A stretch of DNA of 64,000 nt from Chlamydiota bacterium (GCA_012729785.1 JAAYCL010000036.1:59174-123173); one strand, 5' to 3'. Shown: positions 9,036 to 18,558, counted from the first letter of the stretch. The notes: a model not told the origin generated them from the sequence alone. A program made the numbers and translations.

Positions 9036-10022
9036 ATGAAACGGGAGCGGGCCCGCAGGGCGGGCGTCGCGGCCAGGTTCGCCTTCGCGGCGGCGGTCAT
9101 CGCGTGTATCCTCTGGAGGAAAATCGATCCCGGTGAACTCGCCGTCCGCCTTCGCGGGATCGACCCTCGGCTCTTCGCGGCGTGCGGGCTCGGCTACGGT
9201 CTGCTCTTCGTCTTCAGCGCCTTCCGGTGGCAAGCCCTGGTCTTTGTCCACGGGATCCGCGTGCGGTACGGGTCCTTGCTCCGGTTCTGCCTCATCGGGG
9301 CATTCTTCAACAACGTCATGCCCGGCTCGATGGGGGGGGACATCCTCAAGGCCTGGTACTGCGCGAAGGTCGACCGGTCACGGCAGGAGGCGGCGGTGGG
9401 CTCGGTGTTCGCCGACCGGATCGTCGGATTCCTCTCACTCTTCGCCATCGGGTTTTTCGGCCTCGCGGTCAACCTCGGCGCCCCGGGCCTCCGCCAAGCG
9501 TCGCAGATCTTCGTCGCCCTTTTCCTCGCCATCTGTCTCGGCCTGGCCTTCCTCTCCCGCCGGGATCTCCTCGCCAAGCTCCCGTTCGCGAGGAGGATCC
9601 TCGACCGCGGCACGCTCGGGGACCATCTGCGGCGCCTCTACGATTCCCTGCAGATCTACCGGGCCCGGCCGCGCGCCGTCGCGCGGGCGCTCGGGATCTC
9701 GTGCCTGATGCAACTGGTGTTCATCGTGGTGCTGCTGGGGATCGCGCGCTCCCTCGGGATGCGCGGCGTCGCCTATCGGCACCTGCTCCTTCTCATGCCG
9801 CTCATCGGTACCATCGCGGCCGTCCCGGTCACCCCCTCCGGCTGGGGGACGATGGAGTGGGCGTTCGTCTACTTCTTCCCCGCCCTCGGGGTCACGGCCG
9901 AGCAGGCACTGGCTTTGGATCTCGCGACGCGCGCCCTGACCATCTCGTGGGGGCTTGTCGGAGGCGTGCTGTACGCCGTTCCCCCGCGGCAGACCGCCGG
10001 GTGCACTGCCTCGCTGAATTGA
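9036..10022 (+). CDS. Flippase-like / lysylphosphatidylglycerol-synthase transmembrane-domain family protein (UPF0104)
   Basis: About 8 transmembrane helices. The conserved FFNNVMPGSMGGD motif is typical of the TIGR00374 'flippase-like domain' family that accompanies glycosyltransferase loci. Confidence 0.65.
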   Translation: MKRERARRAGVAARFAFAAAVIACILWRKIDPGELAVRLRGIDPRLFAACGLGYGLLFVFSAFRWQALVFVHGIRVRYGSLLRFCLIGAFFNNVMPGSMGGDILKAWYCAKVDRSRQEAAVGSVFADRIVGFLSLFAIGFFGLAVNLGAPGLRQASQIFVALFLAICLGLAFLSRRDLLAKLPFARRILDRGTLGDHLRRLYDSLQIYRARPRAVARALGISCLMQLVFIVVLLGIARSLGMRGVAYRHLLLLMPLIGTIAAVPVTPSGWGTMEWAFVYFFPALGVTAEQALALDLATRALTISWGLVGGVLYAVPPRQTAGCTASLN

Positions 10023-10033
10023 CGGGGGCATCG

Positions 10034-10042
10034 TGGTATACT
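10034..10042 (+). promoter_or_regulatory. Putative extended -10 element TGgTATACT upstream of rfbC
   Basis: TGn plus TATACT at 10034-10042, 38 nt upstream of the rfbC ATG, followed by an AAAGGAG RBS. Confidence 0.3.
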
Positions 10043-10079
10043 CGTCCGGTGGCGCCGAAAATCGAAAGGAGTCGGAACG

Positions 10080-10535
10080 ATGATCGAGGGAGTGAAGGTC
10101 AAGGAACTCACGCCCCACGCGGACGAGCGGGGGTACCTCCAGGAGATTGTGCGGAAAGACGAAAAGATCTTCGAGGAGTTCGCCCAGCTGTACGTGTCCC
10201 TGAACTACCCCGGCGTCGTGCGCGCCTGGCACTACCACCGGAAGCAGAACGACTTCATGACCGTCGTCAAGGGTATGGCGAAGATCGTCCTCTACGACGC
10301 GAGGGAGGGGTCGCCGACGCGCGGGGAGATCGACGAGTTCTTCGTGGGGGAGCACCACCGGATACTCATCCGCATCCCCGCGATGGTGATGCACGGCTAC
10401 AAGACGATCGGCGTTGAGCCGTGCCTGCTGATCAATCTGCCCACCCGCTGCTACGATCCGAACGACCCGGACGAGTTCAGGGTGCCCCCGCACGACAACG
10501 ACATCCCGTACGACTGGGCGATCAAGGAGCGCTGA
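10080..10535 (+). CDS. rfbC: dTDP-4-dehydrorhamnose 3,5-epimerase (short cupin form)
   Basis: Cupin RmlC-like motifs (DERGYLQE, WHYHRKQNDFMTVVKG, IPAMVMHGY). It is the first gene of a rfbC-A-B-D array. Confidence 0.8.
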   Translation: MIEGVKVKELTPHADERGYLQEIVRKDEKIFEEFAQLYVSLNYPGVVRAWHYHRKQNDFMTVVKGMAKIVLYDAREGSPTRGEIDEFFVGEHHRILIRIPAMVMHGYKTIGVEPCLLINLPTRCYDPNDPDEFRVPPHDNDIPYDWAIKER

Positions 10536-10579
10536 GCTCCCCTGTGCGGCCGCCGCCGTAAGGGGCGAAAGGAGGAGAG

Positions 10580-11317
10580 ATGAAGGGCGTCATCCTCGCG
10601 GGGGGTCTCGGCACGCGGCTGCACCCGCTCACCAAGATCACCAACAAGCATCTGCTCCCGATCTACGACAAGCCGATGATCTACTACCCGATACAGACGC
10701 TCGTCAACGCGGGGGTCGAGGACATCCTGGTGGTGACCGGCGGCAACAACGCCGGCGACTTCCTGCGTCTCCTCGGGAACGGGGCCGAGTTCGGCCTGAA
10801 GCGGCTCCAGTACGCCTACCAGGAGAAGGAGGGCGGCATCGCCCAGGCGCTCTCCCTCGCGGAGCATTTCGCGGAGGGGGAGAAGCTGGTGGTGATGCTG
10901 GGGGACAACATCATCGAGGGGAACATCGTCGAAACGGTCGAGGAGTTCTCCCGCCAGGAGAAGGGGGCGAAGATCCTCCTCAAGGAGGTGGACAGCCCGC
11001 AGGAGTACGGGGTCGCCGAGATACGGGACGGCAAGATCGTGGCCATCGTGGAGAAGCCCGCGAAGCCGGTCAGCAACTACGCCGTCATCGGCATCTACCT
11101 CTATGACGCGGCGGTCTTCGACATCGTCAGGACCCTCGAGCCCTCGGGGAGGGGGGAGCTCGAGATCACGGACGTCAACAACGCCTACATCGCCGCGGGG
11201 ACGATGACCTATGGCATCCTGGACGGATGGTGGGCGGACGCGGGGGCCTCGATCGACCGCCTGCTGAAGGTCAATGCGCTGGTCTACGAGAGCGGCGCCA
11301 ACAAGATGGCCCTGTAG
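10580..11317 (+). CDS. rfbA: Glucose-1-phosphate thymidylyltransferase
   Basis: MKGVILAGGLGTRLHPLTKITNKHLLPIYDKPMIYYPI is the canonical RmlA N-terminus. Confidence 0.9.
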   Translation: MKGVILAGGLGTRLHPLTKITNKHLLPIYDKPMIYYPIQTLVNAGVEDILVVTGGNNAGDFLRLLGNGAEFGLKRLQYAYQEKEGGIAQALSLAEHFAEGEKLVVMLGDNIIEGNIVETVEEFSRQEKGAKILLKEVDSPQEYGVAEIRDGKIVAIVEKPAKPVSNYAVIGIYLYDAAVFDIVRTLEPSGRGELEITDVNNAYIAAGTMTYGILDGWWADAGASIDRLLKVNALVYESGANKMAL

Positions 11318-11337
11318 GGCCCCGGGAGGGGATGACG

Positions 11338-12348
11338 ATGAGGATGCTGGTCACGGGGGGGGCGGGGTTCATCGGCTCCAACTTCATCCGCCGCTGCCTC
11401 CGCCGCGGCACCGCGACGGAGCTGGTGAACCTGGACAAGCTCACCTACGCGGGGAACCTCGACAACCTGAAGGAGGTCGCGCGGGACCCGCGCTACCGGT
11501 TCGTCAGGGGCGATATCGCCGACGCGGAACTGGTGAACCGCCTCGCGGCGGAGCGGTTCGACGCGATCGTCAACTTCGCCGCGGAGACGCACGTGGACCG
11601 CTCGATCGGGGACGCGGGCGATTTCATCCGCACGGACGTCTACGGGACGTTCGTGCTGCTGGAGGCGGCGCGCAAACACAGGATCGGGAGGTTCATCCAG
11701 ATCTCGACCGACGAGGTCTACGGGAGCATCGAGAAGGGGTCGTTCAGGGAGACGGACCCGCTCATGCCCCGCAACCCGTACGCCGCGAGCAAGGCCGGGG
11801 CCGACCGGCTCGCCTACTCGTACTGGGCGACGTACCGCCTCCCGGTGGTCATCACCCGGGCCTCCAACAACTTCGGCCCGTACCAGTACCCCGAGAAGGT
11901 GATCCCGCTCTTCGTCACGAACGCCCTGGACGACATCCCGCTCCCCCTCTACGGCGACGGGATGAACGTCCGGGACTGGCTCTTCGTCGATGACCATTGC
12001 GCCGCGATCGAGTTCCTCCTCGAGAAGGGGGCGGACGGCGAGGTCTACAACATCGGGGGCGGCAACGAGCTCCCCAACGTCGAGCTCACCCGCATCATCC
12101 TCGACTGCCTGGGGAAACCGGCCTCCCTGATCACAAGGGTCAAGGACCGGCAGGGGCACGACCGGCGCTACTCCCTCGACTGCGGCAAGCTGCGGGCGCT
12201 GGGCTGGGCGCCGCGCGCGGGGTTCGCCGAGGCGATCCGCGAGACGGTCGACTGGTACGCGAAGAACGACTGGTGGTGGCGCCCCCTCAAGAGCGGCGAG
12301 TACCTGGACTACTACCGGAGACAGTACGTCGACCGCGAACGATCGTAA
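11338..12348 (+). CDS. rfbB: dTDP-glucose 4,6-dehydratase
   Basis: Starts at LVTGGAGFIGSNF, with a YAASKA active-site Tyr/Lys. Extended short-chain dehydrogenase fold. Alternative ATG starts at 11332 and 11344. Confidence 0.9.
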   Translation: MRMLVTGGAGFIGSNFIRRCLRRGTATELVNLDKLTYAGNLDNLKEVARDPRYRFVRGDIADAELVNRLAAERFDAIVNFAAETHVDRSIGDAGDFIRTDVYGTFVLLEAARKHRIGRFIQISTDEVYGSIEKGSFRETDPLMPRNPYAASKAGADRLAYSYWATYRLPVVITRASNNFGPYQYPEKVIPLFVTNALDDIPLPLYGDGMNVRDWLFVDDHCAAIEFLLEKGADGEVYNIGGGNELPNVELTRIILDCLGKPASLITRVKDRQGHDRRYSLDCGKLRALGWAPRAGFAEAIRETVDWYAKNDWWWRPLKSGEYLDYYRRQYVDRERS

Positions 12349-12376
12349 GCGAGGCGGCGGGGGGGGCGGAAGGGGC

Positions 12377-13264
12377 ATGGCCGCGCGCGGGAAGATGTTG
12401 GTGGTCGGGGCGAACGGGATGCTCGGGCGCGCCCTGATGGAGGCGTGCGCCCGCGGCGGCGACGTCGAGGGCGCCGATCTCCCCGAACTCGACATCACCG
12501 ACGCGGCGGCGACGCGCCGTTTCGTCGAGGCGGCCCGCCCGGCGATCGTCGTCAACGCGGCCGCGATGACCGACGTGGACGGCTGCGAGGCCGATCCCGG
12601 GGCCGCGTTCGCGGTCAACGCCCGCGGGGCCGGCACCCTGGCGGGCGCCTGCCGGGCCGCGGGGGCGCGCCTCGTCCACGTGAGCACCGACTACGTCTTC
12701 GACGGCCTCAAGGGGAGTCCGTACGCAGAGGACGACCCGGTCAATCCGGCGAGCGTCTACGGGAGATCGAAACGCGACGGCGAGGAGGCGGTGCGGCGCG
12801 CCGGCGCCGACTTCCTCATCGTGCGGACCTCGTGGATGTTCGGGGCGCACGGGAAGAACTTCGTGGACACCATCCTGCGGGCCGCGGAGACGCGGCGGGA
12901 GATCGAGGTCGTCGGCGACCAGCGGGGCAGCCCGACCTACGCCCGGGACCTCGCGGGGGCGCTCTGCGGGCTCGCGGCGGCGCGGCGCGCCGGCGTCATC
13001 CATGTCGCCAACAGCGGGGTCTGCTCCTGGTTCGACTACGCGCGGGCGATCCTCGAGATCGCCGGGATCGGCGGCGTCGCCGTGCGGGAGATCACGAGCG
13101 ACCGGCTGAACCGCGCCGCGCCCCGGCCGCCGTGCTCCGCGCTCGACTGCGGGCGCTACGCCGCCTTCGCCGGCGCGCCGATGCGGCACTGGCGCGAGGC
13201 GGTCGCGGAGTATCTGGTTGAAAGGGAGCGCCCGGGCGCGGGCGGTCCCCCGCCGCGGGGGTGA
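12377..13264 (+). CDS. rfbD: dTDP-4-dehydrorhamnose reductase
   Basis: LVVGANGMLG Rossmann fold and a YGRSK catalytic motif. RmlD-like length of 295 aa. Confidence 0.85.
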   Translation: MAARGKMLVVGANGMLGRALMEACARGGDVEGADLPELDITDAAATRRFVEAARPAIVVNAAAMTDVDGCEADPGAAFAVNARGAGTLAGACRAAGARLVHVSTDYVFDGLKGSPYAEDDPVNPASVYGRSKRDGEEAVRRAGADFLIVRTSWMFGAHGKNFVDTILRAAETRREIEVVGDQRGSPTYARDLAGALCGLAAARRAGVIHVANSGVCSWFDYARAILEIAGIGGVAVREITSDRLNRAAPRPPCSALDCGRYAAFAGAPMRHWREAVAEYLVERERPGAGGPPPRG

Positions 13265-13268
13265 GGCG

Positions 13269-13955
13269 ATGGACGGATCGGGCCGTCCCCACTACGCCGG
13301 GCACCGCGCCCGGCTCCGGGAGAGGTTTTTAAGGGCGGGGGGCGCGGGGCTGCAGGAGTACGAGAAGCTGGAGCTCCTCCTCACCTTCGCCGTCCCGCGC
13401 GTCGACGTCAAGCCGATCGCGAAGGCGCTGCTCGCCCGGTTCGGGGGCCTCGCCCAGGTCCTTGACGCCGGGGCGGCGGAACTCGAGTCGGTGAGGGGGA
13501 TGGGCCCCGCCGCGGCGTCGCTCGTTCTGCTCGTCAAGGAGCTGTTCGTGGCCTGCAGCGAGACGAGGATGCGGGGGAGAAACCTCGTCTCCTCCCCGCA
13601 GGCGGCGGTCGACTTCGCCCGGGCCAAGCTCGCGGGCCTGCCCCGGGAACAGTTTTTGGTGCTGCTCCTCAACGCCAAGAACGAGCTGATCGCGCACGAG
13701 GTGATCCAGAAGGGGACGGTGGACCGCGCGGTCGTGTACCCGCGGCTGGTCGTCGAGGCGGCGCTCCAGCGGCACGCCGCGGGCGTCATACTCGTCCACA
13801 ACCACCCCAGCGGCCACCCGGAGCCCTCCGCGGAGGACCGCTCCATCACGAGGGCGGTCGCGGACGCCTGCGGCACCGTGGACGTGCGGGTGCTCGACCA
13901 TCTGGTGGTCGGCAGGGGAGGGCACTTCAGCTTCGCGGAGGAGAACCTGCTCTGA
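13269..13955 (+). CDS. radC: RadC-family JAB-domain protein (UPF0758)
   Basis: Helix-hairpin-helix N-terminus and the JAB/MPN motif VILVHNHPSGHPEPSAEDRSITR. Confidence 0.85.
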   Translation: MDGSGRPHYAGHRARLRERFLRAGGAGLQEYEKLELLLTFAVPRVDVKPIAKALLARFGGLAQVLDAGAAELESVRGMGPAAASLVLLVKELFVACSETRMRGRNLVSSPQAAVDFARAKLAGLPREQFLVLLLNAKNELIAHEVIQKGTVDRAVVYPRLVVEAALQRHAAGVILVHNHPSGHPEPSAEDRSITRAVADACGTVDVRVLDHLVVGRGGHFSFAEENLL

Positions 13956-14095
13956 GGTCTGTGCCGCCGATCGGTGCGGATACGCCCGGGGTGGACAAGA
14001 TGCCGAAGCCGCACGTCACGGATTGCACGCCGGCGCCACGGGAGAAACGTCTCGCCGATCGAACCGGTTGAACCCGTTTCAGGGAGGGGGGAACG

Positions 14096-14269
14096 ATGAT
14101 CGACAAGGAGCTGCTGGAGATACTCGCGTGCCCGGCCTGCAAGGCGGAGGTGAAGCTCGAAGGGGAGAAGATCGTCTGCCTCGGCTGCGGGCGCCGCTAC
14201 CCGATCCGCGACGGCATCCCGATCATGCTGGTCGACGAGGCGGAGACGCCCGGCGCCAAGGAGGGATGA
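14096..14269 (+). CDS. Trm112-family small protein (UPF0434/YcaR-like), 57 aa
   Basis: The translation is MIDKELLEILACPACKAEVKLEGEKIVCLGCGRRYPIRDGIPIMLVDEAETPGAKEG. It has a CPxC...CxxC zinc-ribbon and the conserved P(I/V)xDGIP(I/V)ML motif. An [14 protein letters not shown] lies upstream. The ORF track does not list it because it is under 60 aa; instead an overlapping wrong-frame ORF (14023..14565) is listed. Confidence 0.7.
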   Translation: MIDKELLEILACPACKAEVKLEGEKIVCLGCGRRYPIRDGIPIMLVDEAETPGAKEG

Positions 14270-14270
14270 G

Positions 14271-15473
14271 GTGCCTGCGGCGCCGACTGCCCGGCCCGCG
14301 GGCGAAGCCGCGCCCGTGCTGTTCGTCACCATCAACATGGAGCTCGGCGGGACCGAGCGCCAGCTCTGCGAACTGGCGGCCGGGCTCGATCGCCGGCGCT
14401 TCGCCCCGCGCGTATGCTGCCTGCGCGGCGGGGGGCCGCTCGCCGATACCCTCGCCGCCGCGGGCGTTCCGCTCACCGTCCTCGCCCCGCGCGCCCGTGG
14501 CCGCGCCGGACGGGCGCGGCCGTGGCGGGTCTTTCTGCCGCAGATCCTCGCCCTCTCGAACCTGATGCGGCGGGAACGCATCGCGATCGTCCACGGGCTG
14601 CTGCCGGCCGCCCTGGTGACGGCGGGGTTCGCCGCCCGCCGGGCGGGGGTGCCGGTCCTCGTGACGGGGAGAAGGGGGCTCGGGCGCTACAAGGAGGGGC
14701 GGCCCCTCCTCCGGTTTCTGGAGAATCTGGTGAATCGCTGGGCCGACGCGATCGTCCCCAACTCCGAGGCGGTCCTCCGGGACGTCCTCGCCCGGGAGCG
14801 GATCGTTCCGGAACGGCTCCGCGTCATCTACAACGGGGTGCGGATCCCCTCCTCCCCGCCGCGAGTCGGGCGGCGGGAGATCGCCGGGCGGGAGATCCGG
14901 GGGCCGGTGGTCTGCCTCGTCGCGAATTTCTTTCCCTACAAGGGGCACCTGGATTTTCTCGAGGCGGCGCGGATCGTGCTGGGCTCCTTCCCCGAGACCC
15001 GGTTCGTGCTCGTGGGCGACGGGAGGTTGCGGCAGGCGGTCGAGCGCAGGGCGGCCGAGCCGGACCTCCGCGGGCGCGTCGTTCTCCTCGGTTCCCGCAT
15101 GGACAGCGGGGAGATCATGGCCTCTGCGGACGTGCTCGCGCTCGCCTCGCACCAGGAGGGGTTTCCGAACGTCGTCCTCGAGGCGATGGCGCGGGCGAAA
15201 CCGGTGGTCGCGACGCGGGTCGGGGGGGTCCCCGAGGCGGTGGAGGAGGGCGGCACCGGCCTCCTCGTCCCCCCCCGCGACCCGCCCGCGATGGCCGCCG
15301 CGCTCGTCCGGCTGATCGGGAACCCGGAGGAGGCCGCCGGGATGGGGCGGCGGGGGCTCGCCCGCGCGCGGACGCTGTTCAGCGTCGAGCGGATGGTCCT
15401 GGCGCACGAGGAACTGTACGGGGAGCTGCTGAAGCGGAAGACGTCGGACGGAAGTCGTCTCCCGAGAAACTAG
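14271..15473 (+). CDS. Glycosyltransferase family 4 (GT-B fold)
   Basis: The C-terminal domain carries the GT4 EX7E signature (HQEGFPNVVLEAMARAKPVVATRVGGVPE). GTG start 1 nt after the Trm112-like stop. Confidence 0.8.
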   Translation: MPAAPTARPAGEAAPVLFVTINMELGGTERQLCELAAGLDRRRFAPRVCCLRGGGPLADTLAAAGVPLTVLAPRARGRAGRARPWRVFLPQILALSNLMRRERIAIVHGLLPAALVTAGFAARRAGVPVLVTGRRGLGRYKEGRPLLRFLENLVNRWADAIVPNSEAVLRDVLARERIVPERLRVIYNGVRIPSSPPRVGRREIAGREIRGPVVCLVANFFPYKGHLDFLEAARIVLGSFPETRFVLVGDGRLRQAVERRAAEPDLRGRVVLLGSRMDSGEIMASADVLALASHQEGFPNVVLEAMARAKPVVATRVGGVPEAVEEGGTGLLVPPRDPPAMAAALVRLIGNPEEAAGMGRRGLARARTLFSVERMVLAHEELYGELLKRKTSDGSRLPRN

Positions 15474-15493
15474 AAACGAGGAACGGTATTCAC

Positions 15494-17383
15494 GTGTGCG
15501 GAATCTGCGGGATCGTCTACGGCGACCGGGAGAGGGCGGTCGATCGCGCCACGCTCGAGGCGATGACGCGCCTGATGGCGCACCGCGGCCCCGACGGCGA
15601 GGGCTTTCACCTCGACGGCCCGGTGGGCCTCGGGCACCGGCGCCTGAGCGTCATCGACGTCGAGGGCGGCGTCCAGCCGATGACGAACGAGGACGGCACG
15701 CTCTGGCTGGTCTACAACGGGGAGATCTACAACTTCCGGGAGCTCACCGAGGAACTGAAGGCCGGCGGGCACCGCTTCCGCACCCGCTGCGACACGGAGG
15801 TGATCCTCCATCTGTACGAGGAGCATGGCACCGGGTGCCTGGAGCGGCTCCGCGGGATGTTCTCGTTCGCCCTCTGGGACGGGCGTCGTCGTCGTCTCTT
15901 CTGCGCCCGGGACCGTCTCGGCGTCAAGCCGTTCTTCTATCGGCACGCGGGGAGCGACTTCATCTTCGCCTCGGGCCCCGCGCCGATCCTCAGCCATCCC
16001 GGCGTCGAGCGCCGCGTAGACCTCGAGGCGCTCGACCTCTATTTGACCTACCAGTACGTCCCCGCGCCGTTCTCGATCTTCGCCCGGATGCACAAGCTCC
16101 CCCCCGCGCATTTCCTCGTGCTCGAGAACGGCAACGTCACGGTCGAGCGGTACTGGGAGGCGAACCCGGAGCGCCCCCTCGAGATCGGCTACGACGAGGC
16201 GCGGGCGCGCCTGCGTGATCTCCTCGTCGAGGCGACCCGCCTCCGGCTCGTCAGCGACGTGCCGCTGGGGGCGTTTCTGAGCGGGGGGATCGACTCGAGC
16301 ATCGTGGTCGCCCTGATGAGCCGGGAGGGGGGCGCGCAGGTCAAGACCTTCTCGATCGGCTTCGACGACGAGCGCTACAACGAGCTCCCCTACGCCCGGA
16401 TGGTCGCGAAGCGGTACGGCACCGACCACCATGAGCTCATCGTGAAACCCGACGCCGTCGGCCTCCTCCCGAAGCTTGTCCGGCACTACGGCGAGCCGTT
16501 CGCGGACTCCTCCGCGCTCCCGACCTACCACGTCGCCAGGATGAGCCGCCGCGAGGTCACGGTGGCCTTGAACGGCGACGCGGGCGACGAGCTGTTCGCC
16601 GGCTACGACCGATACCGCGCCTTCTCCCTCGCCGGCCGGATGGGGGCCATACCGGGCGCCGCGCCGCTCGGACGGACGCTCGCCCGGTTTCTCGCCGGCG
16701 CACCGCGCGACAGCCTCCGGGACCGCGCGCGGCGGTTCGCCGAGTCGTTCGGCCTCCCGGGGCCCGCCCGGTACCTGCGCTATGTGGCCTACTTCGGAGA
16801 GGAGGAGAAGGCCCGACTCTACGCGCCGCGGTTCCGGGAGGCGGCGGGCGCCTTCGACGCCCCCGGCCAGATTCGCCGTATCTACGAGGCGTGCCGGATA
16901 CACGACGAGACCGCCCGGCTCCTCTTCACCGACCTGTGCAGCTACCTCCCCGGCGATCTCCTGGTGAAGGTGGACATCGCCACGATGGCGGTCTCCCTCG
17001 AGGCCCGGTCCCCGTTCCTCGACCATCGCCTCGTCGAATTCGCCGCCGCGCTCCCCACGCGGTGGAAAATCTCGGGCGGGGAGGGGAAGCGGATCCTCCG
17101 TGACGCCTGCGCGGATCTGCTGCCTGGGGAGATCCTCCGCCGCGGGAAGCAGGGATTCGGCGTTCCGATCAGCCGCTGGTTCCGCGGCGAGCTCGGCGAA
17201 TATCTCCGGGAGATTCTGCTCGACCCCTCCAGCCTCGGGCGCGGCTACTTCGATCCGGCCCGCGTGCGGGAGCTTGTCGACCATCACCAGCGCGGGTTCC
17301 GCGACCACAGCTACCGGCTCTGGGCCCTCCTGGCGCTCGAGCTGTGGCACCGCGAGTTCATCGACGGCGGGGGGGGCGCGTGA
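15494..17383 (+). CDS. asnB: Asparagine synthetase (glutamine-hydrolysing) family amidotransferase, AsnB/WbpS-like
   Basis: The N-terminus is (M)CGIVG. The Ntn glutaminase domain is followed by a PP-loop (SGGIDSS). 629 aa. GTG start after an AGGA RBS. Confidence 0.9.
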   Translation: MCGICGIVYGDRERAVDRATLEAMTRLMAHRGPDGEGFHLDGPVGLGHRRLSVIDVEGGVQPMTNEDGTLWLVYNGEIYNFRELTEELKAGGHRFRTRCDTEVILHLYEEHGTGCLERLRGMFSFALWDGRRRRLFCARDRLGVKPFFYRHAGSDFIFASGPAPILSHPGVERRVDLEALDLYLTYQYVPAPFSIFARMHKLPPAHFLVLENGNVTVERYWEANPERPLEIGYDEARARLRDLLVEATRLRLVSDVPLGAFLSGGIDSSIVVALMSREGGAQVKTFSIGFDDERYNELPYARMVAKRYGTDHHELIVKPDAVGLLPKLVRHYGEPFADSSALPTYHVARMSRREVTVALNGDAGDELFAGYDRYRAFSLAGRMGAIPGAAPLGRTLARFLAGAPRDSLRDRARRFAESFGLPGPARYLRYVAYFGEEEKARLYAPRFREAAGAFDAPGQIRRIYEACRIHDETARLLFTDLCSYLPGDLLVKVDIATMAVSLEARSPFLDHRLVEFAAALPTRWKISGGEGKRILRDACADLLPGEILRRGKQGFGVPISRWFRGELGEYLREILLDPSSLGRGYFDPARVRELVDHHQRGFRDHSYRLWALLALELWHREFIDGGGGA

Positions 17384-18558
17384 ACCCCCGCCCGGCCAGG
17401 ATCCTCCGGATCATCACCCGTTTGAATATCGGGGGCCCGTCGATCAACGCCATCGCACTGAGCGCCGGCCTCCCCCGGGACAGGTTCGAGACCGTGCTCG
17501 TCTGCGGCCGGCCGGGCGTGGCGGAGGGGAACCTGGCGTCCCGGGCGCGGGAGCGCGGGATACGGCTGATCGAGATCCGCTCCCTGCGGCGCGATCCCTC
17601 GCCCGTGGCGGACGCCGCCGCGCTGGCCCGGCTCATCGAGATCGTCCGCCGCGAGAGGCCCGACATCGTCCACACGCATCTCGCCAAGGCCGGCGCGCTC
17701 GGCCGCATTGCCGCGAAAACCGTCCCGGGCATCCGGACCGTCCACACCTTCCACGGGCACGTCTTCAGCGGCTACTTCACCCCCGCACGCACGCGAATCT
17801 TCCTCGCCGTCGAACGGCTGCTGGCGCGTGGCACGGACAAGATCATCGCCCTCTCGGAGGCCCAGCGGGCCGAGCTCGTCGGCGCCTGCCGCATCGGCCG
17901 ACCCGGGCAGTACGCGGTCATTCCGCTGGGGCTCGACCTCGAACGGTTCGCGGCGAGCCGGGCCCTCCGGGGCTCCCTGCGCAGGGAGCTCGGCCTGGAG
18001 CCGGAGGCGTCCGTGATCACGCTGGCGGGGCGCCTTGCGCCGGTCAAGGACCACCGTCTCTTTCTCGCCGCGGCGCGCCTCGTCCTCGCGGCGCGGCCGC
18101 GGGCGGTCTTCCTCGTCGTCGGCGACGGCGAGGAGCGGCCGTCGCTCGAGCGGGAGGCGCGCACGAGCGGGCTCGCGGACGCGGTGCGGTTCACCGGCTG
18201 GCGCGACGACCTCGACCGCGTCTACGCGGACTCCGACCTGGTGGTCCTCACCTCGCGGAACGAGGGGACGCCGGTCAGCCTGATCGAGGCGTCCGCGGCG
18301 GGGCGCCCGATCGTCGCGACGGCGGTCGGCGGCGTCGGGGACGTCGTGCGGGACGGCGGGAGCGGCCTCCTCGCCGCCGGCCGCGACCCGGCGGAGATCG
18401 CCGCCCTGATCCTGCGGCTCCTCGACGACCCCGCGCGCGCGGCCGCGATGGGGGAGGAGGGGAGGAGGTTCGTCCTCGAGCGGTTCACGAGCGCGAGGCT
18501 CGTCCGCGACGTTGGGGAGCTGTACGGGCGCCTCCTGGAGGAAGGGGGTGCGGGGTGA
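17380..18558 (+). CDS. Glycosyltransferase family 4 (GT-B fold)
   Basis: GTGA overlap with the asnB stop. The EX7E region is SRNEGTPVSLIEASAAGRPIVATAVGGVGDVV. Confidence 0.8.
   Translation: MNPRPARILRIITRLNIGGPSINAIALSAGLPRDRFETVLVCGRPGVAEGNLASRARERGIRLIEIRSLRRDPSPVADAAALARLIEIVRRERPDIVHTHLAKAGALGRIAAKTVPGIRTVHTFHGHVFSGYFTPARTRIFLAVERLLARGTDKIIALSEAQRAELVGACRIGRPGQYAVIPLGLDLERFAASRALRGSLRRELGLEPEASVITLAGRLAPVKDHRLFLAAARLVLAARPRAVFLVVGDGEERPSLEREARTSGLADAVRFTGWRDDLDRVYADSDLVVLTSRNEGTPVSLIEASAAGRPIVATAVGGVGDVVRDGGSGLLAAGRDPAEIAALILRLLDDPARAAAMGEEGRRFVLERFTSARLVRDVGELYGRLLEEGGAG

Noticed and set aside
11284-13189. - strand ORFs 11284..12687 and 12287..13189 opposite rfbB and rfbD
   Set aside because: Antisense artefacts. 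The rfbB and rfbD frames have canonical Rossmann and catalytic motifs.
14023-14565. 180-aa + strand ORF spanning the radC-GT4 junction
   Set aside because: It reads through the real 57-aa Trm112-like ORF in the wrong frame and continues antisense-like into GT4. It has no RBS and the peptide is low-complexity.
17345-17360. TGGCACcgcgagTTCA, a near sigma54 -24/-12 match
   Set aside because: The -12 element has TC instead of GC at the invariant position. It lies inside the asnB 3' coding region, 20 nt before a translationally coupled start. Judged coincidental.
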